Source of the DNA: Anaeramoeba ignava BMAN
Taxonomy: Eukaryota > Protista > Anaeramoebae
DNA: 64,000 nucleotides
Reading direction: 5' to 3'
Assembly: GCA_028826165.1 (NCBI GenBank)
Contig: JAPDFW010000084.1
Coordinates: 62,001-126,000, forward strand
Every line of letters begins with the position of its first letter. Position 1 is the first letter of the stretch. Positions 52,801-64,000 of the stretch are shown here, one piece after another. The notes beneath the pieces were generated by a model. The model made no database searches and was not told the DNA's origin. It saw nothing but the letters and a program-made list of their open reading frames with translations. The position numbers were made by a program, and so were the translations under genes.

Positions 52801-54745
52801 TTAAGCAAAATGAAGAAAGGATTAAAAGGAGCAGATGAAGAAACTGAAAGCAAACCTATTGGTCAAGGTGCTCCTCCTCCTCCTAATAAAGGTGCTCCTC
52901 CTCCTCCTAATAAAGGTGCTCCTCCTCCTCCTAACAAAGGTGCTCCTCCTCCTCCTAATGCTACTTTTGGTAAACCCAAAATTGAAGAAGGTCCAAAAAA
53001 AGTTTCAAATCCTCCAAAAGCTCCAATGACTAAATTATTTTGGGAAAAACAATCTTTTGATAATATTCAAAATTCTCTTTGGAAAGATATCGATGATGAT
53101 CCAAAATTTCTTAATGAGGATGAATTTCTTTCATGGTTTGGAAAAAATGGTATCATTTCATAATTTTAATTTTTAATTTTTAATTTGAATTAATTTTTAA
53201 ATTGAATTTTTAATTTTCAAATTTAATTTTTAATTTTTAAATTTAATTTTTAATTTTTAAATTGAATTTTTAATTTTTAATTTTTAAATTGAATTTGAAT
53301 TAATTTTTAAATTGAATTTTTAATTTTCAAATTGAATTTTTAATTTTTAAATTGAATTTTTAATCTTTAAATTGAATTTTTAATTTTCTGTGTAAATAAT
53401 TAGTTCGACCTGATCAACCACCACCACCACCAGAACCAACCGATGAAATTGAACAGATTTATCTTTATCCAAGAGACAAATCAGCCTTATTTTCTATCAC
53501 AACAAAAACTATTGAAAATATACAAAAATTTCATGAATATTTAAAAGAAATGAATTTAGAAGAAGTGGAAAAAAAAGGAATTGACAACGTTTATAGTATA
53601 ATACAAAATTCAACTTATCGAGAAAAAATTTTATTTTATAAAGACGATACTAAATTGCTTGAACCAATCTCGCTTTTTTTCTATCAATTATTCTCTTTTC
53701 CATTTTTCTGTGAAAGAATTAATTTCTTAAAATTTCAACAAGAATTTTCTTCCAAAATTGAAGATCTGGAAAATTCAATTTCTCTTGTTTCTTCAACTTG
53801 TAAAACTATTCTTAATAGTTCTTCTTTAAAGAAGTTTCTTCAAATCATTTTGACTTTGGGGAATTATATGAATGGAGGTTCAAATCATGGTGGAGCTTTT
53901 GGTTTTTCTATAAAGATTTTGGGTACCATTTCTGATATTAAATCAACAACTCAACCCGAAATGAATTTTATTCATTATTTAGTTCATATTGTTAAAGAGA
54001 GTAATCCAGAAATCTTAGATATTGTTTCAGAATTTTCTTTTCTACCTCTTGTTTTAGCAGGTATTTAAAATATTTAAATTAAAAAATATTTAAATTAAAA
54101 AATATTTAAATTGAAAAATATTTAAATTGAAAAATATTTAAATTGAAAAATATTTAAATAAAATATTAATTCCTTTCCTTTTTATCTTTTTTATAAGTTA
54201 ATTCGGGTGATCTTAACTCCTCTGTTAATGAAATACAAACAAAAATTACTGAAATTGAACAATTTATTTCAGTTGTTGAAATTGAAGATGAAACAGATCA
54301 TATAATTACAAAACTAAATGATTTTGTTCAACAAGCTAAAGAAAAATTTAATCCAATTCAAGAAAAATTCAAATTAATGAAAAGTGATTATTTAAACGTT
54401 TTAGAATATTTCTCAGAAAAACGAACAACAACATTCGAAACACTTTTTTCATTTATCAATAACTTTATCAAAAAAATCAATGAATCAATTGTTTACTTTG
54501 AAAAAATTGAAAAAGAAAAACAAGCAAAGAAGAACTTGGCAGAGAAAAGAAGAAAAATGAAAGAAAAATTAGAAGAGAAACTTCCAGAAGAACCTATTAA
54601 TTTTGAAACTCTTCAAGAACAAATTGATTCAGGTCATCTTTTCCAAATCAAAGAATCTTCTCGTAATCGAAAAAAATTTAATGATACAAATAATCTTAAT
54701 TATCAAGAACAAAAATTCAATTATTTTCTTGATAAACTTAAATAA
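49880..54745 (+). CDS. Formin (GBD/FH3-FH1-FH2, DAD-like tail)
   Basis: ITWIKEFI (GBD), (GAPPPPNK)-type FH1 x4, KLFW, LGNYMNGG..AFGF (FH2); apparent frameshift near 52775. Confidence 0.9.
50425..51729. repeat. Intronic 11-mer (TTGATWTAAAA)n minisatellite
   Basis: Direct reading; fills formin intron 50413-51729. Confidence 0.92.
52867..52958 (+). repeat. 24-nt coding tandem repeat (FH1 polyproline)
   Basis: ggtgctcctcctcctcctaayaaa, about 4 copies. Confidence 0.9.
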
Positions 54746-54847
54746 CTTCCAAAAACTTTTTCCTTTTTAATTTTCAAAAATTTTTTCATTAATTAATTAA
54801 AAAAAAAAAGGAAACAAAATTTAAAATTTCTTCAATTTAAATTTTTC

Positions 54848-55272
54848 TTAAATTTTTCTTATTTGTTTTTCTTTTTTTTAAATTTTCATTTTCAATTTCA
54901 TTTTCAATTTGATTTTGATTTTCATTTTGATTTTGATTTTTTTTAGATTCTTTTTCATTTAAAGATAAAGTTCTAATTAAAATATGAGTTGTATTAATTG
55001 GAATTTGTTGAAAAGCTAAAAAAGGAAAAAAAAAGGAAAATGAAATTATTTAAAAATAATAAATTTTCTTTGTTTTTAAAAATGATAAATTTTTTACATT
55101 GTTTTTTAGTTGAAAAATATTCTTTTGGTTTATTATGTTTTTGAATAGGAATCTAAATAGAAATTTTAATTATAATAAATTTTAATTTAAATAAATTTTT
55201 ATTTTAATAAATTTTTACATAAAAATTTGAATCAATTAAATTATTAGAAGGTAAATCGGATAAAAAATTCAT
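54848..55272 (-). CDS. DDA1-like small protein (DET1/DDB1-associated)
   Basis: Exons 55219-55272, 55098-55152, 54848-55015 give MNFLSDLPSNN...HNKPKEYFSTKKQSFQQIPINTTHILIRTL, resembling DDA1 (FLKGLP...RPSVYLPT...QIIVTEKTNILLRYL). Confidence 0.6.
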
Positions 55273-55642
55273 TTTAAAAGAAAAAAAATGAAAAATGAAA
55301 AATGAAAAAAGAAAAATGAAAAAAAAATAATCTTTCAATTTTTTTAATTGGAAAAGAAAAGAAAAAAAGAAAAAAAAGAAAAGAAAAGAAAACATGAGAA
55401 AAATTTTGAGATTGAATCCAAGAAATAAGTAAATTGGATTCCAAAAAATTAAAAAAAAAAAATTCAAATTTTGAAATTAATTTGAAAAGAAAAATAAATT
55501 TCAAATTTTTGGATTAAATTGGATTAAATTGAATTAAATTGTTAAATTAAATCTAATTTTGAATTTGATTTGAATTTAAATTTGATTTTGAATTTAAATT
55601 TTGAATTTGAATTTGAATTTAAATTTGAATTTGATTTGAAAA

Positions 55643-58600
55643 TTAAAAATCAAATTTTTCGATTAATTGAACACCTTTCAAACTTGGAGCAAGAATTTGT
55701 TTCATTTTTGCGAATTGTTTTTCCATATTTTCATGGAAAGGTTTCATTTCTTCTGGACAAATAGTAGAATGTAACAAAACACCAGCTTCAAGAACAGATT
55801 GTTGTTTTTTTAAAGCGTATTTTAAGTCACCAACACACTGTTCATTCTGGAAACTTTCTTTAACAAACTCATCGTTGAAAAATGCTTCTTGATATTTGAA
55901 AACGCCTCCATTAACAGCTGCATCAATAACTCCGTTAAATGCCATTGAGAAAGGACTGATGTTTTTGCCGTTGAAAGATTCATATTTGTGAATTTTGCTT
56001 ATGAGTTCATCATTTTTCTCATTCACACTATTAATTGCATTCTCAATTGGTGATACTTCAATAATTTGTTTTTCGATAACTGTTGTTCTTCTTTTGATTC
56101 CAGGAAATGCATCTTCAGTTATAAAAAATGTGTTTCTTAGCCATAAGTCTTTGAATTCATTGCTACTTTTTTCTTTGGATTTTCTGAAAGGTTTTGAATA
56201 CATAAAAGTATTAACATTATAATGAGTATAATATTTTCTAATTCTTTCACTCATTCTATCACTAAAGCTTCTTTTCCATCCTTCCATCTTAAATATTTTT
56301 GAATTTTAAATAAATATTTAAATAAATATTTTTGATTTTTATTATTTTTACCTCTTCAGTTGAAGTAGGATTCAAATTAGATATTTGAATATATTGCCCA
56401 TTTCCTTCTTTGATTTCATCATCAGGATCTGTGGATCCAATTTTAGCTTCTGGGAATTTAGCTTTCATTTTTTCCATGAAAACACTTAATTGTTCTAATT
56501 CGGCTCCGCGATAAACAAATTCTTTATCTTTAAATTTCCTATAAATTTCAGTATCAAAACCCTTTCCATAATAGCCAACTCTGAAATAACTTGAAAAGAA
56601 TCTTTCTGTTTCAAATATTTTCATGTACATTTCTGATTGTTTTTTCAAGATTTCGGATAATTTATCATATTCAAAAGTGAATTTTTCAAATCTTTCTTTA
56701 AGAATATTTAAGAACTCAACTCCTTTTTCCCAAAACTTTCCTTTATCAAAAAAAGTTGCGGCATTTCTGATGATTCTTTCCTTTCTTTCAGCTGTTGTTT
56801 CTCTTGGATATTCAAAATAGAGTTCACTCATTTTCTCCTCGACTTTCTTTTCATTGAATTCAAGAATATCATTAACTTTTGATAAACATAAAGCAGCTTC
56901 TGTGTAATTACGATTTCTGAGATGCAATCTTGCTAAATAGTGTGTGTATTTTGCATACATTGAGTATCTCTTTGTTTTCTGGAGATAATCCATTAAATTT
57001 AATAATACAAATGTTCTTTCATCTTCATATCTTTCTTCTTCAGGATAATCATTAAGAATTGAAAGATGATCCATTAATTGTTGTAATTGTTCGACGAAAT
57101 TCAAGCACTTAATATTTAAAATTAGATTAAAATTAAATTAAATTAAATTAAATTAAAATTAAATATAAATTAAATTAAAATTAAAATATAATTAAAATTA
57201 AATTAAAATTAAATTATAATTAAATATAAATTAAAATTAAAATTAAAATTAAAATTAAATTAAATTAAATTAAAAATAAAATTAAATTAAAATTAAAATT
57301 AAAATTAAAATTAAATTGAAATTAAATTAAATTAAAAATATAAACCTTCGCTTCATATGTTGGGTTCTCTTTGAATTTTGGTTGAATATGTGAAAAGAAA
57401 TAACTATTAAATTTAGATTCCACCTTCTTTTCAATAAACATGTCAATTGAATCAACAGTGGATTGTTCAACAACTGTGAAAGATTCAGTTCTCTTAATTT
57501 CTTCAACTAACATTGAATAATAAATATTCAATCCAAGCTCCTTCAGTTTGTCATGATCCAAGGTTATCAAGGATAGAAAATCAGGAACCTTTGTTGTAAT
57601 AAAACTGTATTTCTGGTCCAAAATTCGCCAACTTTTTTCCAGTATTTTTGCAGCTTTAAGACGCATGTCTCCAAATTCTGCTTTGATTTGATAGCTTTGA
57701 AAATCTTTGAGACTTTCAAGTTGAAGTGTTGGAGACTTGATAAACTCCACCAAAGCCTTGAAATAACTATCCCACATTTTAATATACGAAGAGCCGATAT
57801 ACTTTTCATGCAATTCGTTCATGAACAACTTCAAAGTTTTGAGGATGATAAAATATTGGAAAATGGAAAGTGATTCGAGTTTTTTGTGATAAATAGGAGA
57901 ATTGATCAATTTGATGAATGTTGTGAATATTAATTCAAGGAATTCTGCGCGTAATTGTTGATGGCTATCATAAACTCTGAGGAGTGTTTTAACATGAGAA
58001 GAATCAACCATTTGGAATAACGACAAAATACCTGTTACAATTTTGCGTCGTATTTCGCCGCGTTTGAATTTAATTGAAAGAATTTCTGGTGATGATTCGA
58101 TTTCTGAGGGAATATCGTTCTCAATTCTTAGTAATGAAGTAGATGTTGCTCTTTTTAACTCACTTGGTTTGTTTTCTCGCGAAAGTGATGGTTCTTTTGA
58201 TGTTCTTGTATGATCTCCATCGTGCTTGAGAAGAGCATCCTGGATCTCTTTTTCTTCGCATTCATCGTTATAATTCAGCATTTGGAACAAATGTCTTGGG
58301 AAATCAAGTAGTTCACGAATTGGTTGGCGTTCCTTATGTACAGGTTTTTCTTTGTTTTGATTATTCTCCTCGTAGAAAATAAATGATTCCTGCTGGATTT
58401 CTTGTTGTTTTGATGTATCCTTTGATTCGTATAGTTTTTGCTGCTCAAATGTTCTTTTCAATATGACTAATAGAATTTCAATGCAAAGATTGAATTCTTC
58501 CTCAGACATTTTATAATGGAAAGAGATCTGCTTCAAAATGATGGGGATAATCATCACTCTTGATCTTCTGTTCTCGAAAACTCTTTCTTGAAATAAATAC

Positions 58601-61543
58601 ACAATCAAATCAAGTTTAGATTGATTCAATCCTTTCAAATCTTCCTTACGCACAGATTCAATGAGTTCCTTAGTAAACTCTGCAAGTTCTTTGAGTTTGA
58701 ATATTCTTGAGAGCTCAGAGAAAATGGATTTAAAATGACGAAGTGCCATTTCTTGAGCTGCATTGATCCATACAGGTGTTGTTCTTTTCATGAATGTATT
58801 GATTAATGCGAGAATCTCTTTTAAATCACTTTTCACTTTTGATTTCTTTGATGCCTCGTTGGGATTTTCTGTGATGTTCAAGATCCATGAAGAAATGATA
58901 AACTTGAATGAATATTCAATTGCTTTCATGGAACTAAGAAGTGATTTACGTTCTGCGTTTTCTGTGTCGGAAAGTTTGGATTTAAGCATCTCAATGAAAA
59001 ATATATATACTGTGCATAATGATTTCTTCAGGTTTTGATTTAGAATATTTTGTTGGTTGTCGTTTTCTTGTGTATTTATGATTTTGTCTGAAAATCTTGT
59101 TTGAAGATAGTCGTTTAAAACAGGTGTGAAATTCTTGAATCTTTTATCGGAAACAATTCCTATCACATATTCAATTGATTCATATATGCTTTTCTTTGTG
59201 TCTTTTCCTGAACCTTTTTGCTCGAGAAGTACAAAGAGAATATCTAAGATTTCTCGGATAAACTTCACAATTTCGTTTTGAGGAGCGTATGTAAAATTTT
59301 TGAGAATTTGATTTAATGGTTGTGTACTTTCTTTCCATTTCAGAAGGCCTGTTACATTTGTATCTTGAGTAAGACGAGTAGAACACAAATCAATATTTAT
59401 TTTGATTTGTTCTTTTCTTGGGACTAATTTTGTTTTTTGTTTTCTTTTTATTGAAGAATAAATATTTTTTTTATATTATTTTATTATTTTATATTTTTAT
59501 ATTTTATTTACTGTTGAGATTCTGGTTCAGTCAAATAAAATACTGGCTCATCTTTCAAAACTTTTGGAACATATTTATATGTATGAAATGAGGCTAATCC
59601 TTGTTGAATCATAGTTCCATTCTTAAAAAAAGGAAGAAAAGCAAAACTGATAACTTTATCTTCTTGACCTTCTTTAACAGGACAATGCACAAATTCCATA
59701 TATAAATGACTCTTTTCAAATTGATCAACAGGCATATTAATTCGGAATGTTTCAAGCCATTTGGGGTTATTTTTGTGATAATAAACAGAGGATTTATAAA
59801 CGGATAAACGATTGCTATTCTCTCCATAAGAAATACAATCAGTAACAAAATTTTTAGCATCTTTACAATCATTCATTTTGACATAAACTCTCATTTCAAT
59901 ATTATGAGAAGAAGCCTTGCGCTCCTCGTTGAATTCACCTTCAAGAAGAGTGATATATAAATCATTTCTGATATAAGAAGGCAAAATAACATCGGGAAAT
60001 TTTGTTTTCAAAGTAAAACCAGTGTTTTTAAATTCACGGATATTTTCCAATTGTTCTTCAATTCGTTTTTTCTGTTCTTCAGCTTCCATAGAAATCAAAT
60101 TGGACTTTAAATTTGTGCTTTTCTTTGTTTCTTGACGATCAATAGAAATGGTATGTTCAGTGTCTGTTTCTGTTTCTGTTTCTGTTTCTCCTGTTTTTTC
60201 TTGTTTTTCTTGCTTTTTTTTAATATCCTCCATTTTTTGTTGAAGTTCTTCCTCTTTTTCCTTGATAATATCATCATAATCGCCTTGGAAAACAGTCCAT
60301 GAAATTGTGACTCCGTGATCTAATTTTTTGAGTGTTTGTTCACTGTTGAGAATTATTTCATGCATTTTCGGGAAATTAGCTTCGTTAGTTAATGAATACA
60401 TTGTAATTGTTTCTTCTTTTTTTGTTTCTTTTGTTGTTTTCAGGAAATTTTGAAGAAGTTCAAGAACTCCGACTGCAAATGGTCTTTTGTATTCACTTTC
60501 TTTCTTTTCTCCTTTTTTTTGATATTTTTCATCAAGTGAAACTGGACCAACTCGAAGAATTTGGCAAACAATATAAAGTTGTCCTGAAAAATCTGAAGCA
60601 GTAAGATCTAAGAAAGGGTATTTAAATTTTAATTTTGATTTTAATTTTATAAATGAATTTTAATTTTAATTTTAATTTTATAAATTATTTTTATTTTTAT
60701 AAATTATTTTTATTTTTATAAATGAATACCTTTAAAAACTGTCTTTAATTTCCCATGCTTATCAATATCTTTATTCATCCCTGTCTTTTCAATATTTAAA
60801 GAATATATTTCTGTTATCGGTCTTTTTTCACTTTGAGAATACAAAAAAAATCTGACTTCAGCTTCACTTGGAAGAAGAAGAATAGCAGCATTAAACTCAA
60901 AAAGTAACTGAATATTTTTAGCACCCTTTTTTTCCTTTTCTAGAGATAATTGCTGGCGAGGATCTTCAAGACTTTTGAAATATTCAAATGATTCAATCAT
61001 TCCAAATGCTTTTGGATTAATAATTTGTCCATTTTCTTTTCGAGGAACCGCAGGTAATCGCAGCTTCTTCTGGCAATTTTGAATCATATTAAGAATCTGC
61101 TCTTGAGCTTGAAGCACATCATCTTTGTTACCTGAGCGGTTAAGTACCTCTTTCTGTAATTGAATTAGCATGCCAACATAAAATTTGATTTCATCTTGCT
61201 TTGCAAAATCTCTTTTTTCAAAACAAAAAAAATCCATGATTTTTCGGTATGTCACAATGAATCTCTTGCACAAGATGAGAAATGGATTTGCATGAATGTA
61301 CGGATGAGTTTCACGCGCTAAAAAGTTCTGTTTTGTTGGAATTGGCTCATCAATGATTTCAACATAAGTTTTTGGAATGATTCCATGTTTTCCTGTTAAT
61401 ATTGATTTTGCTCGAAACCATTCTTCCGTTTCTTCTTTAATGAATAATGGATCTCCAAAATCTGTTTTTAGATATGATTCTTGCTTTGCTGAAAATTTAT
61501 ATTTCGCAACCCCAAAAATTCTTGTTTGTTTCCAACTTGTCAT
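55643..61543 (-). CDS. DOCK-family Rac GEF (SH3, DHR-1/C2, DHR-2; DOCK-A/B type)
   Basis: SH3 (GIIPKTYV), RNDLYITL, YYHKNNPKWLET, CSTRLTQ, YFRVGYYGKGF, SPIENAI, GVIDAAVNGG. Confidence 0.93.
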
Positions 61544-62254
61544 TTTTCTTTTAAATTTTTAAATTAATAAATTTGTTAATTTTTGTTTATTAATTTTTTT
61601 TTTTGTTTATTTTGATTTTTTTCTGTATTTTGGGGAATGAAAATGATAATGAATTTATTGCTTATATTATTTAAATTTTTAAATTTTTAAATTTTTAAAT
61701 TATTATATCAATTTGTTTTATTTGCTTTTTTCATTTTAATTGATTTTTTTTTTCATTGAAAATTTTTTTATTTCGAATTTTATTTTATTAATAAAGTAAA
61801 TATTATAAAAATGTTTTTGTTTTTATGTGTGCTTTTTTTTTTGATAAAGTATTTCCATATCAAACCTGTTTAAAACAAATTTCAGAAAATGAATGAAGAA
61901 AAAAAAAATAAAAATGAAAAAAAAAATTTAAATTAAAAAAAATTTTTTTTTTTTTTTGCTTTTCTTAAAATAAAAAGAAAATTAAAAAAGATTTTCAATT
62001 AAATTTTTAATTAAATTTTAATTTTAATTTTAATTTTAATTTTTAATTTTAATTTTAATTTTAATTTTAATTTTAATTTTAATTTTAATTTTGATTTTAA
62101 TTTTAATTTTCGATTTTAATTTTAATTTTAATTTTAATTTTAATTTTAATTTTAATTTTAATTTTAATTTTAATTTTAATTTTAATTTTAATTTTAATTT
62201 TGATTTTAATTTTAATTTTGATTTTGATTTTGATTTTGATTTTTAATTTTAATT

Positions 62255-62571
62255 TTAATTTTGATTATTAAATTTGTTAATTAATAAATCAAATAAATTT
62301 GGATTTGTTTGATTTAATTGAAAATAATCAATTCCAATTTGAATTTCTTCAATAATTTCTTTTGTAATTTCAATTTCATCTTTGATTTGATTTGAATAAA
62401 TCCAATATTCAAATATTTGAAATGATTTATTACTTAATTCACTATAATCTGTAACTTTATTAGATTTATCTTTTGTTACAGATAAAAACATTCCTCGATA
62501 TAATTCACTTCTCATTATTAATATTAATTTAGGAAATTTATATTGTTTTTCTTTTCTTTCAATTATAAAAT
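62255..62571 (-). CDS. Terminal exon/fragment of a BTB-domain protein
   Basis: DFIIERKEKQYKFPKLILIMRSELYRGMFLSV..DYS resembles the BTB at 24372-24834; upstream exons not identifiable in the window. Confidence 0.65.
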
Positions 62572-62574
62572 CTT

Positions 62575-63290
62575 TTTAATTAATTTATTTCAAAAATGGA
62601 ATAAAGAATATTAAATAATTAAATTTAAAATTAATTATATTTTATATATTTTATTAATATTTCTTTATTTAAAATAATATAAAATTATTCCCAATAATTT
62701 AATAAAATTAATAAAATATTTTAATTAATTTATTTCAAAAATGGAATAAAGAATATTAAATAATTAAATTTAAAATTAATTATATTTTATATATTTTATT
62801 AATATTTCTTTATTTAAAATAATATAAAACAATTCCCAATAATTTAATAAAATAATAAAATCTTTTTCATTAATTTATTTCAAAAATGGAATAAAGAATA
62901 TTAAATAATTAAATTTAAAATTAATTATATTTTATATATTTATTAATATTTCTTTATTTAAAATAATATAAAATTATTCTCAATAATTTAATAAAATTAA
63001 TAAAATATTTTAATTAATTTATTTCAAAAATGGAATAAAGAATATTAAATAATTAAATTTAAAATTAATTATATTTTATATATTTTATTAATATTTCTTT
63101 ATTTAAAATAATATAAAATTATTCCCAATAATTTAATAAAATTAATAAAATCTTTTCATTAATTTATTTCAAAAATGGAATAAAGAATATTAAATAATTA
63201 AATTTAAAATTAATTATATTTTATATATTTTTGTTAATATTTCTTTATTTAAAATTATATAAAATAATTCCCAATAATTTAATAAAATTG
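62575..63290. repeat. ~145-bp tandem repeat x5
   Basis: caaaaatggaataaagaata recurs at 62591, 62736, 62881, 63025, 63170. Confidence 0.92.
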
Positions 63291-63294
63291 GTAG

Positions 63295-63630
63295 AAATAT
63301 TTTAATAAATATAAATATTTAATTTTAATAATATTTAATAATAATTTAATTTAAATTTATTTTATTTTAATTTGAAATAATATTTTTATTTATTATATTA
63401 ATATTTTTAATTATTTATTATTCCAATTTTAATTATAATAAAATATATTAAAAAAAGTGGAATAAATATTTTAATAAAGATAAATATTTAATTTTAATAA
63501 TATTTAATAATAATTTAATTTAAATTTATTTTATTTTAATTTGAAATAATATTTTTATTTATTATATTAATATTTTTGATTATTTATTATTCCAATTTTA
63601 ATTATAATAAAATATATTAAAAATAAAATT
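63295..63630. repeat. ~169-bp direct repeat x2
   Basis: aaatattttaataaa.ataaatattt...ttccaattttaattataataaaatatatt occurs twice. Confidence 0.8.
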
Positions 63631-64000
63631 AAAAAATTAAAAAATTTTAAATAAATTGAATTTAACATGATTGAATAAGATAAACTTTCTAAAAAAATAA
63701 TTTACTAATTATTCTATTTTTGATTTTGATTATAATTTATTAATATTTAAATATTAATTAATAATAAATTTTATTTGATTTTTTTTTATTTTAATATTTT
63801 AATTAATGAATTTAAATTTAATTATTATTAATTTCTATTTTCAATTTTTATTTTTATTTATTATATTAAAAATATTCAATTTTTTAAAATTTATTATTTT
63901 TTTTTTTGGATTATTTTTTATTAATTAAATTTTTAATAAATATTTTAAATTAAAATTAAATTATTTAAAATTAAATTTGTTTCTTATTTATTATTTTAAA

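Overview
Very AT-rich, gene-dense eukaryotic (protist) DNA with GT-AG spliceosomal introns. The Kelch/BTB and BTB-TLDc genes, EN/QN hexamer tracts and TCATT initiator-like motifs resemble an Anaeramoeba-type metamonad, but that assignment is inference. About 24 protein genes can be supported: two tandem BTB paralogues, F-box/TMEM185-like, HRD1-like, PRCC-like, EMC10, GNL3/Nug1-like, FAM177, F-box/WD40, a Cys-rich surface protein, AP-5 beta, Kelch-BTB, CAXIP4/SREK1IP1-like, importin-alpha, a Rab-like/ankyrin gene, BUB3, VPS34, a Kelch protein, G-alpha, DUSP, formin, DDA1-like, DOCK and a BTB fragment. There is also a textbook tRNA-Sec(UCA). The headline is the apparent ORF desert at 29.9-38.1 kb. 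It is one minus-strand gene of about 53 exons and about 958 aa: a degenerate Rab-like domain plus about 23 ankyrin-type repeats. Most repeats are a 96-nt exon plus a separate single-codon (3-nt) microexon, consensus TAG|NNN|GTAA. I count 21 such microexons, mostly encoding the beta-hairpin residue just before the GxTPLH motif. Also notable: a 22-bp intronic hairpin in the splicing-factor-like gene, repeat-expanded introns whose repeat units lack GT/AG, and several odd domain fusions. All gene models were spliced by eye and need RNA-seq confirmation.
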